Shown here one piece after another: positions 56,034 through 64,000 of a stretch of 64,000 bases of DNA (position 1 is the first letter of the stretch; the number at the start of each line of letters is the position of its first letter). Both the position numbers and the translations under genes were made by a program. The stretch comes from Calditrichia bacterium (GTDB lineage: Bacteria; Calditrichota; Calditrichia; JAJRVZ01), in contig CAWCNS010000009.1 in NCBI GenBank assembly GCA_963796965.1, positions 512,001-576,000 of the forward strand, written 5' to 3'. The notes under the pieces were generated by a model. That model saw nothing but the letters and a program-made list of their open reading frames with translations. It ran no database searches and was not told the DNA's origin.

Positions 56034-56297
56034 GTTTACCTCCTAGAACATGACCGAAAAGTAATAAGACCGTTGAGCGTTGAGTAGCCAGAACAACTAT
56101 TTCTCAGCAATAACACATCGGTCTTTATCCACAAATTTTCCGCCTTTGCCGGATCCCGCCAATGAGCGGGCAGGCAGGCGGTGACTGATACTAATTAGCA
56201 TGAATTTTTTTATTGATACACCTAATTAAGATATCAATGTTCAGTCATTTTATTTTTTTAATGGAAATTGGTGAAATTCGTGGAAAATATTTTTTGC

Positions 56298-57239
56298 TTA
56301 ATAATGAGCCATAAAGCCCATTTCCTTAATCCACTCTCTCACTTGTTTTGAATCGCCAGTGATATGAATATTCATACGCAGATAATTATTAAAGTCATCA
56401 ATCGCTTCTTCTATATGGTCTAATTTTTTATGGGCCATTCCGCGATTTTTATAAGCATCTGCATATCGGGGATTAAGTAATATCGCATTTGTAAAATCTA
56501 CAATTGCTTCTTGAAAACGATTTAAGCTGGCATATGCCCTTCCGCGATCATTATAAGCACCGGCATCTATGGGATCAATATCAATAACATTGTTCAGATC
56601 AATTATCGCCTCCATAAATCGCCCCATATCATGAAACACCCGGCTTCGATAAAGGTAAGCGCTGGTGCTATTTGGGTCCATCTCCATTGCCGTAGAGAAA
56701 TCGTCAAGGGCTTTTTCTGATGATAATAGATCTAAGGAATAAACATAACCGCGATAATTGTATGCATCAACATTTTTCGGATCCAATTCAAGAACCTTAC
56801 TGAAGTCTCCAATTGCTTCTTCGTCTTTGTCGACTTCCATCAGATAAGCAAAACCGCGGATAAAATATGATTCGAGATCTTTTGGGTTTATCTCAATGGC
56901 CTTAGAAAAATCCGCTATTGCCTCGCTATATTTTCCAAGATGATAATAAGCATAACCACGATTAAAAAAATCAGCAGCATAACCTGAATCTAGTGACATT
57001 GCCTTTGAAAAATCTTTTACAGCCTTTTCCATTTCGCCGAGATCAAAATAGGCACATCCCCGGTTATAATAACTGGCAGGATGATCAGGATTAAGCTCGA
57101 TTGATTTTGAATAATAATAAAGCTTCTTTCTGGTTTCGCTACAATAGAAGCCCTTATCAAACCAATCGGGTGCTTTAATTTCACCCTTAGATATTCGGAC
57201 GTCTTTGATATCTTTAGATTCTATTGGATTTGATTTCAT
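56298..57239 (-). CDS. Cytoplasmic TPR-repeat protein (related to 49872..51083)
   Basis: Repeats SYYNRG, FFNRG, AYNYRG, AYNDRG, AYKNRG; shared N-terminal WF(D/E)KGF. Confidence 0.9.
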   Translation of the reverse strand: MKSNPIESKDIKDVRISKGEIKAPDWFDKGFYCSETRKKLYYYSKSIELNPDHPASYYNRGCAYFDLGEMEKAVKDFSKAMSLDSGYAADFFNRGYAYYHLGKYSEAIADFSKAIEINPKDLESYFIRGFAYLMEVDKDEEAIGDFSKVLELDPKNVDAYNYRGYVYSLDLLSSEKALDDFSTAMEMDPNSTSAYLYRSRVFHDMGRFMEAIIDLNNVIDIDPIDAGAYNDRGRAYASLNRFQEAIVDFTNAILLNPRYADAYKNRGMAHKKLDHIEEAIDDFNNYLRMNIHITGDSKQVREWIKEMGFMAHY

Positions 57240-57386
57240 CGTTGTAGAATATATCTATAAAATACATCAGATCTGTTAATTGAATTCGTATCATTCATTT
57301 TTATTTAACAGTTGTCATTCTGTTCAAATTATCCTTTTGTTCTCTACACAGAATCTCACTGAAAGCATTTTAATTTGGAGGGAAAA

Positions 57387-57647
57387 TTACTTTTTTTTAT
57401 GATTTAATATCTTTGTATTTAGTATTTCACTTCGCTGGGTACTATGATCGTATGAATTAAATGTATGATAGAAATTTTCACAAGCCGGACATTCAATCAA
57501 AACTTCCAGAATATTGGATTTTGCATCAAATTCATACCCCAGGGCGTGGCCAACAGCATCTTCAGAACAATGGGGACAGACCTCTGGGAACTGAACCTGG
57601 ACAATTACTATCTTACCATTATAATTAAATACAATCGGCTTTTCCAT
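57387..57647 (-). CDS. Small zinc-ribbon protein
   Basis: CPHC...CPAC; RBS AGGTG. Confidence 0.65.
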   Translation of the reverse strand: MEKPIVFNYNGKIVIVQVQFPEVCPHCSEDAVGHALGYEFDAKSNILEVLIECPACENFYHTFNSYDHSTQRSEILNTKILNHKKK

Positions 57648-57881
57648 TGCACCTATGCCTTAAAATACAAGATAAATGAGATCTTTTAATCCAAACACCT
57701 GCTATGATTCCTTCGCGCTAAAATACATAATGAAACCATAACTTCAAACAAAATAAACATCTATCAAAAATTTTATGTGCGGTAAATCAAAAAAATAGGG
57801 GAAATAAAATGATCAACAATTCTCCCATTTATTCAGAAATGAGTGAATTAAAAATCATCCGGTTCCAATTAATTAAAAGAT

Positions 57882-58076
57882 TTATCGGAACATATCAATA
57901 GTGGCCGTCTCAACTTTTTCCAATTCGTCGAGACGTTTGAGGAGGCCAAAACAATATCCAGACCATATGGTTCGATTTAGCCTTAGGGATTTTTGAAGAA
58001 TTTCGATGACAATCTGCTGATCAGCATCATCGAGTCTTTTAAAATAGCCAAGCATTTTTTTCTCTTCTCTGGTCAC
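57882..58076 (-). CDS. Small hypothetical protein
   Basis: TREEKKMLGYFKRLDDADQQIVIEIL helical pattern; RBS GGAG. Confidence 0.5.
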   Translation of the reverse strand: MTREEKKMLGYFKRLDDADQQIVIEILQKSLRLNRTIWSGYCFGLLKRLDELEKVETATIDMFR

Positions 58077-58508
58077 CGAAATCTCCAGACTTATATGCCG
58101 AATCTTGTGTTCTTTAATTTAAATGGATTTTTTGTTGAAGAGTAATGTATTGATTGATGCACCGGTGTATGAATATTATACGATAAAAATTTAACAAAAT
58201 CTCATGAAACACGAAGAAAATCTGAAGATATCTCTCTCAAAAACTTATTCCCTTAAGTCAAAAACTAATACACCTGGCACTATAATCTCATGAGTTCTGA
58301 AAAAAAACACAAATTTTGTATCAGCAATCACAAACTGAATTACTATCATTTTTCAAATTAGTAACAAAGGAAGGTATTGTTAAATGAAAAAACGTCTCTT
58401 GTTATTAAAATTTGATCTAATACTTCTTCGTCTTCGCATTAAATTATTTTTTAAAAACATAATATTAATAAAAGTTAGGCCGAAGATTAATCATTAGAAA
58501 CTAATATT

Positions 58509-58582
58509 GGGCGAGTAGCTCATTTACGGAGAGCGCCTGCATTGCGAGCAGGAGAAGATAGGTTCGATCCCTGTCCCGCCCG
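58509..58582 (+). tRNA. tRNA-like gene, anticodon TGC (Ala), atypical or pseudo
   Basis: Cloverleaf: acceptor GGGCGAG/CCCGCCC, D-arm GCTC/GAGC, anticodon arm CCTGC-ATTGCGA-GCAGG, T-arm ATAGG-TTCGATC-CCTGT. Confidence 0.75.
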
Positions 58583-58616
58583 CAAATTTTATTCATTTAT
58601 CTTTTTACTGTATCAT

Positions 58617-58841
58617 TTAGGAAGTACTTTTCACAAGAACATCTCCCTGACCTGGTGGTACAAAATAACCTACAATAAAACTGATGATGGTGGTGAATGC
58701 TGCTGCTATCTCTCCGGTGATTTGATGCTCAACCGAAAACACAAATGTATTTAACACCCAAACTAACAGAGTTGTTATTGCGCCGCCTAAACTTCCCGCT
58801 GTAACTTTTCTTGTAGGCATTTTTCTATCAGATTCAGCCAT
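58617..58841 (-). CDS. Small two-TM membrane protein, holin-like
   Basis: PTRKVTAGSLGGAITTLLVWVL...EIAAAFTTIISFIVGYFVP; TAATG overlap with the upstream peptidase. Confidence 0.65.
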   Translation of the reverse strand: MAESDRKMPTRKVTAGSLGGAITTLLVWVLNTFVFSVEHQITGEIAAAFTTIISFIVGYFVPPGQGDVLVKSTS

Positions 58842-60511
58842 TATTTTATATCCTCAAAAGATTTTTCAATTTGAAAAACTGGTTTTATATCCACCGGTAA
58901 GTCACTCAATTTCAGACGAAGTGCTTCCATAGATGGCGATAGAATCGCATAGTTGGCAATTAACGCTTTCGCACCTTCATAATCCCCCTCAGCCTGTATG
59001 GTTAGTATTTTTGTGGCCAGTTCTTCTAAAGCATTATATATCTTCTCAGAATTTACCCGAACACGGCGGTTGGTCGCATTATATTGATACGCATCCTGTT
59101 CTAATAAATAATTATAAATAATCGCTGATCCTGCACCATGGGCCTCTGAAATACCAAAACGGATTGTACGAAATATCCCAGCTAAAAATGTAACATAAGT
59201 TTCATTTTCAAATGATTTTGGGAAAACACCTTTTTCTATCATAAAGATATTGTTATACATACCCAGAACATCAGCCTTGCATTCTTCCAAACTGGAGTAT
59301 GTTTCTTTTAGTTCTTTTTTTACATCCGTTTCTCGTCCATTAATTGTTATATTGCCCGGACCCACACCATGCGACATTTCATGCATTAGAGTATGCTTAA
59401 AAAAGGAATTAAATGTTACATTCTGCAATTGATCCTCAGCTAACACAATTTTCGCAATTGGGTTCAGTAATTTTTCAAATTTGGCCTCATGAAGATTTTT
59501 TAGCATAACCTTTTTTGAACCCTTGGCTTCTCGTACACGCTCATCATTTGGTAGATTAAATGCTAACGTCTGAACACCTGCTTTATTGTCCCCACCGGCA
59601 AAGATTTCTTGAACAACCACAATTGGAGATTCTGAACCACGATCAAAATTTTTATATGCGTCCGGAATAGGAAGATGCTTCTCGATATCAACAAGATAAT
59701 TTGCAAAAATTGCAAGTCTTTTACTCTCTTCAGGATCCACAATTGTTAAAAAGCTTTCAAATGCTGCTTTATAATTAAACATTTCATCTTCATAGACTTC
59801 ATAGGGACCAATGACAATCTCAATGGTATGATCTTTTAAATCCATCCAGGCCATATCACTTTCATAATAATCATTTGATTTAAATGCAGCAGCTCGGGTT
59901 AATAAATATTTTTTCAAAGAAGGATTATCAGCAAATTTTGCAGCTTTCTTCAAATAGCCCATGGCTTTCTCAAGTTTTTCCTTATAGAATTCCGAATAGG
60001 GAATTGCAACTAATTGCTTGCCCTCTCTTCTTATCATCGTAAACTCAGATGTAAATGCCTCTTCATCTTCCGGATGATTCTTAAGCCACATTTCAAATTC
60101 TTGTTTGGTTATATCCTCGGGATAAAAATTGGCCCCTAACGGCTTTTTTTCATTCCCCATAAAAGGTTCATTATGCTCCAAACGATCAAATGGTCCATAC
60201 ATGATCTCAAAATATTCTAGATTCTTCTGAGATTCTTCAGAATCATCATTAAGAAGTTGAGATTTTATTTTGTCATTTTTAGAATATACTTGTTCGAAAA
60301 ATAGTTCATCCATTATCTTACTAGCATAATATAGATTTTCAACGACCTCCTTTTGACGGTCATTAAGGATCGATTCATCATATTTAATTATAGTTGGTGC
60401 AAATTGCGCAATTTTCTTTGACATATCGTCCCCTTTTTGCTGATTATTCTCACACGCTATCATGAATATCATCATGGCACTCAAATAAATCGCAACGAGT
60501 TTGAATTTCAT
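58841..60511 (-). CDS. Peptidase family M49 (dipeptidyl peptidase III, HEXXH type) lipoprotein
   Basis: GANFYP, IGPYEVYED, AFNLPNDE, HEMSHG, EECKAD; MIAC lipobox. Confidence 0.88.
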   Translation of the reverse strand: MKFKLVAIYLSAMMIFMIACENNQQKGDDMSKKIAQFAPTIIKYDESILNDRQKEVVENLYYASKIMDELFFEQVYSKNDKIKSQLLNDDSEESQKNLEYFEIMYGPFDRLEHNEPFMGNEKKPLGANFYPEDITKQEFEMWLKNHPEDEEAFTSEFTMIRREGKQLVAIPYSEFYKEKLEKAMGYLKKAAKFADNPSLKKYLLTRAAAFKSNDYYESDMAWMDLKDHTIEIVIGPYEVYEDEMFNYKAAFESFLTIVDPEESKRLAIFANYLVDIEKHLPIPDAYKNFDRGSESPIVVVQEIFAGGDNKAGVQTLAFNLPNDERVREAKGSKKVMLKNLHEAKFEKLLNPIAKIVLAEDQLQNVTFNSFFKHTLMHEMSHGVGPGNITINGRETDVKKELKETYSSLEECKADVLGMYNNIFMIEKGVFPKSFENETYVTFLAGIFRTIRFGISEAHGAGSAIIYNYLLEQDAYQYNATNRRVRVNSEKIYNALEELATKILTIQAEGDYEGAKALIANYAILSPSMEALRLKLSDLPVDIKPVFQIEKSFEDIK

Positions 60512-60789
60512 AGTATTTACCCCTTCATTTTTGACTATCCCTACATTCTTGTTCTGATCTTTCGAGAAAAGTAATGATTAAATCAGAATTTATAGAGGAA
60601 GTTTTAGCAATACAATATTAGGAGTTATTTTAAGGAGGGAAATTGTATGAACAATACGTGATAAAATTATATTTTAGACAGGATAATCCCGACATAACCG
60701 GGATCAAATATTTCCTTATTTATAGTTTGTATCATATGATACTAAGCAAATTTTTATGCTTTTTATAATTATTTACTGGAGGTATCATC

Positions 60790-61330
60790 ATGGATTCTAA
60801 TCTTTCGAAAAGACTGCATTCAAAATCAGTCAAGAATGCGATTGTCAATAATATTTCTCATGATTTTAATCTGACTCGGATTCTTGCGGAAGCCTATTTC
60901 AGTCAAATCAAAAATTATTTCTTAGAACATGCGGACATTAGTCTTTCTTCAGGACAGATGCAGTATCTGGCCGTTGATGATCGTGAACGAGCGGGCAAAC
61001 CTGTTACATTATGTAAGAAAGACTTCCGTACGTCTCACCGTGCACGATGTTGATGAAGACCTGGATGTTTATAAGAAAGAAGGTCTTACTGGTCTCAGGC
61101 ATCACCGCCTATTGCGTATTACCAGGGAAGCGATTGAACAAGGTGCTCTCCTATCCTATGAAGATATTGCCTTCATTCTTACCACCAGTGTCGTTACTAT
61201 TAAACGGGATATCGCTGCTTTGAGACGATCTGGTCTTACCATCCCATCCAGGGGATGGCGTCATGCTCAAATTCTGCCCAGTTATTTCCTATATCAATCG
61301 AATACACTCTCCCCAAGTTCTATTGAATAG
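60790..61330 (+). pseudogene. DUF1670-domain gene, frameshifted near 61020 and apparently truncated near 61262
   Basis: RLLRITREAIEQGALLSYEDIAFILTTSVVTIKRDI...IPSRG, then unrelated-looking sequence; RBS GGAGG. Confidence 0.7.
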
Positions 61331-61428
61331 CACGCGGATAAACACGGATTGAGCTGATGATCGCGGATTTTTAATTAATTTTATGTATCCGCGCAAATCC
61401 GTTTGATCAGCGAAATCAGCGTTCTATT
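61326..61428. repeat. Inverted pair of 9-nt-unit (CGCGGAT/CTGAT) repeat arrays
   Basis: AATAGCACGCGGATAAACACGGATT ... AATCCGTTTGATCAGCGAAATCAGCGTTCTATT. Confidence 0.65.
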
Positions 61429-61461
61429 ATTTTTTCTATGGTTTTATAGTATCATACGATA

Positions 61462-64000
61462 CTATTTCACGAAGATCATCTTCCGAACTTGCTGAAAGGC
61501 CCCCGCCCTGAGTTTATAATAATAAATTCCGCTTGAAAAAGCACCCGCATTCCACTGCACCTGGTATTCTCCGGACTGTTGTTTTTCCGACACAAGCGTA
61601 GAGATCCGTTCGCCCAATAAATTATAGATGGCGACTTCCACGTAACTGGTAATTGGTAATTGGTAACTGATCATTGTAGAAGGATTGAATGGATTGGGAT
61701 AATTTTGAGCGAGAGAAAATTGCTTTGGGATATTATTAAATAAGACGTCATCGCTAATGGTAATTTTTTCTTCAGCGAAAAACGTCCCCAAAATATATTC
61801 AACATTTGCACGTAGCTGCATAGTGTTATAGCGGTAAGGCCGACCACTTATAAATACGAATTGACCTCCATCTTCTCTGTGGGTTCCTCCTTCAGTCGGG
61901 TCTTTCCACACCCCCAGTCCTCGCTCTATTTGAAAACTTGTAGTCTCCTTGAAGAGTAACTGGCTTTCTGGAGTCATTAAGTTTTTATCAAATAGAGCAT
62001 TGAGTGATTGAGATCCTGTCAGAGACATCGAACCCAATCCATTAAATGCGGACTGACAGCTATTAATTGTATTCATTGTCTGCTCTACCCAATCAATTCC
62101 AAGATAAGTCTTGAGCGGATCATTAATAAAATCTTGTCCCAATCTGGTCATAAGGAGAAGATTTCCGCCGGATTCCAGGTAAGACAAAATAGATGTTTTT
62201 TGCCAGGAAGTTAAATCTCCCTGATAATTATTACCGACCCAAACGACTGTAGAATATTTTCCAAGCACCTCAACAGGAATCGGACCATGTCCTTCCGGCT
62301 CAGGGAGAATTTGCGGATAGCCATCCACTGGAGGTTCAAAACAATCCCAAAATGAAATAGCATTTTCACCCCAAAAAGTCTTGTTTTCATAAGCCTCTCT
62401 GATTTCTGACCCATAAATATCGAAATTAACACCATTTACAACCAAAATACCTTTATCAAACGATGGATTGGTGATTTTTTCATAGACTGTTTTCAGCACC
62501 CAGTTCTCCCGGTCGATTTCCAGTTTTAGAGGCTCTGATCGAAGAGAAAAATTAAACTCCTGTGAAGCAAGGCTATCAATCACGACCAGAGTTGTTTCGC
62601 CATCAGCAGTGGTTACTGTAATATCTAAAGGCACCCAAAAAATATAATCGGTCTGTTTTTGATCCAAATGTAAAACAAGACTGTACTGATCCTTGCTCTT
62701 GGTTGATTCCCATGACACTGAATATATTGGAAATCCTTCTTCATAGACCCATTGATGAAAAAATTTATCCAGATTCACCCCAGATACATCTTCACAGACG
62801 GATTCAAAATCTTCAGTTGTGGCCGTCCCATATTGAAGGTGAGAATTATAATACGTTTTTATGGCTTTGAAAAAGACCTCCTCCCCGATAACATTCCGCA
62901 GCATATGAAGGATCCAGGATCCTTTTTTATAACTTAATCCCACATCAAAAATATTTTCTGTTTCAGGAGATTCAACATAAACAGTTCCCGGACCAAGATA
63001 ATAGTTTGCTGACATCTGATATTCACTGGCCGTACCTGGTCCATTCAAATATTCATACCAAAGGGATTCACAATATGATGCAAACCCCTCATTGAGCCAA
63101 ATATGATGAAAACTCTCACAGGTAATCATATTACCCCACCATTGATGAGCCAGTTCATGGGCAACGACCCATTCATTCCAAAAACCAAAACTGGAGCAGG
63201 TTTGATGTTCCATAGCACCTCCCCCTAAAAAATCAGCATGTCCATACTTTTCTGCGATAAAAGGATATTCTCCAAACAAATTTGCAAAGTGTGCAATCAT
63301 CTCCTTCGTTTTTCCGTTTAGTGATTTTAAATTTGCCTCATTTTCTTCAAACATATAAAAATGAATTTTCATTGTATCCCTTGTACCGTTGTATAAATAA
63401 TCATCATAGGAGACCTTATAGGGATGGATAGCGAGGGAGACCAAATAGGTTACGATGGGATAGGTTTCGTGCCACCAGAAGGTTGTATACCCTCCCGCCG
63501 ACACTTTCTCTTTTAACAATCCGTTTGAGACAACAATTAGCCCATTTGGAACCGTAACCTTTACATCGATAGAATCCGCTTTATCCGAGGGCACGTCTTT
63601 ACATGGCCACCAGGCCCGTGCGCCAAAGGGCTGGCTCAGCGTCCATATCATCGGTTGTCCACTTTTCTCACCAAAATCAAATGAATTGTAGGGTGAGTTT
63701 TGTGGCTCCCCCTCATAATTAATCTGAATTAAAACTTTTTCTCCATTGACATAACTACGATCCAATCCTACTGTAAGAATGTCATTATTATGAGAAGATC
63801 TTCTACCTGAAAATCCAACATCCGTAACAGACATACCTGACCAAAGATTTAACTCGATTGAATCGAGCCTTCCCTCAACAATCTGTAACCATATACTTAC
63901 ACTCCCGGTAAGATTTTTTTTTGTCGGATCTAGGTTCAATTCCAGAGAATAGTATAACACATCATAGGCCATTTGATTCTTGGTTGCCCCAGCCTCAGCC
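61462..64000 (-). CDS. M1-family aminopeptidase with T9SS-type CTD, 5'-partial
   Basis: GAMEH, HELAHQWWG, WLNEGFASY, YKKG; AQNYPNPFNP...RKMIFVK. Confidence 0.92.
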   Translation of the reverse strand, partial: AEAGATKNQMAYDVLYYSLELNLDPTKKNLTGSVSIWLQIVEGRLDSIELNLWSGMSVTDVGFSGRRSSHNNDILTVGLDRSYVNGEKVLIQINYEGEPQNSPYNSFDFGEKSGQPMIWTLSQPFGARAWWPCKDVPSDKADSIDVKVTVPNGLIVVSNGLLKEKVSAGGYTTFWWHETYPIVTYLVSLAIHPYKVSYDDYLYNGTRDTMKIHFYMFEENEANLKSLNGKTKEMIAHFANLFGEYPFIAEKYGHADFLGGGAMEHQTCSSFGFWNEWVVAHELAHQWWGNMITCESFHHIWLNEGFASYCESLWYEYLNGPGTASEYQMSANYYLGPGTVYVESPETENIFDVGLSYKKGSWILHMLRNVIGEEVFFKAIKTYYNSHLQYGTATTEDFESVCEDVSGVNLDKFFHQWVYEEGFPIYSVSWESTKSKDQYSLVLHLDQKQTDYIFWVPLDITVTTADGETTLVVIDSLASQEFNFSLRSEPLKLEIDRENWVLKTVYEKITNPSFDKGILVVNGVNFDIYGSEIREAYENKTFWGENAISFWDCFEPPVDGYPQILPEPEGHGPIPVEVLGKYSTVVWVGNNYQGDLTSWQKTSILSYLESGGNLLLMTRLGQDFINDPLKTYLGIDWVEQTMNTINSCQSAFNGLGSMSLTGSQSLNALFDKNLMTPESQLLFKETTSFQIERGLGVWKDPTEGGTHREDGGQFVFISGRPYRYNTMQLRANVEYILGTFFAEEKITISDDVLFNNIPKQFSLAQNYPNPFNPSTMISYQLPITSYVEVAIYNLLGERISTLVSEKQQSGEYQVQWNAGAFSSGIYYYKLRAGAFQQVRKMIFVK

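Larger units (their letters stand above)
60729..61465. repeat. Two copies of the palindrome GTATCATAYGATACTA, 720 bp apart
   Basis: 60729-60744 and 61449-61464; partial third copy at 8277-8291. Confidence 0.75.

Noticed and set aside
58841..60511. HEXXH instead of HEXXGH in DPP III as a novelty
   Set aside because: Pentapeptide-motif M49 enzymes are already described (e.g. Caldithrix abyssi DPP III)
45..62937. Numerous short ORFs overlapping larger genes on the opposite strand or in other frames
   Set aside because: Shadow ORFs with no motifs or RBS, except those used above to rebuild frameshifted genes

Overview
AT-rich bacterial chromosome segment, probably FCB-related/Calditrichota-like. 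This rests on four proteins with NYPNPFNP T9SS-type C-terminal domains and a HEXXH-type DPP III. About ten genes are split by single-base indels, a pattern that looks more like assembly error than real decay. Recognisable content: a hybrid two-component regulator, secreted CTD proteins, serA, an HD-GYP phosphodiesterase, glutaminyl cyclase, two MacB/FtsX permeases, glycan enzymes (GH99-like, GH43, heparinase II/III) with a KdgK-like kinase, a PerR-rubrerythrin-FeS oxidoreductase-DUF3501 cluster, nadE, DPP III and an M1 aminopeptidase. Best novelty candidates: (1) a six-gene operon behind a sigma54-type promoter, joining a ~790 aa orphan lipoprotein and a second orphan protein to a very divergent Opp/Dpp-type ABC importer; (2) a candidate CRP/FNR-activated ~80 nt sRNA with an anti-Shine-Dalgarno loop; (3) a tRNA-like gene with an Ala anticodon but non-Ala identity elements; (4) a secreted beta-lactamase-fold protein with its catalytic residues replaced; (5) an XRE-HTH + 3xPAS regulator divergent from two orphan genes; (6) a palindrome that brackets a DUF1670 remnant and also sits on the stop codons of two CTD genes. 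All calls are from reading motifs by eye; no database searches were run.
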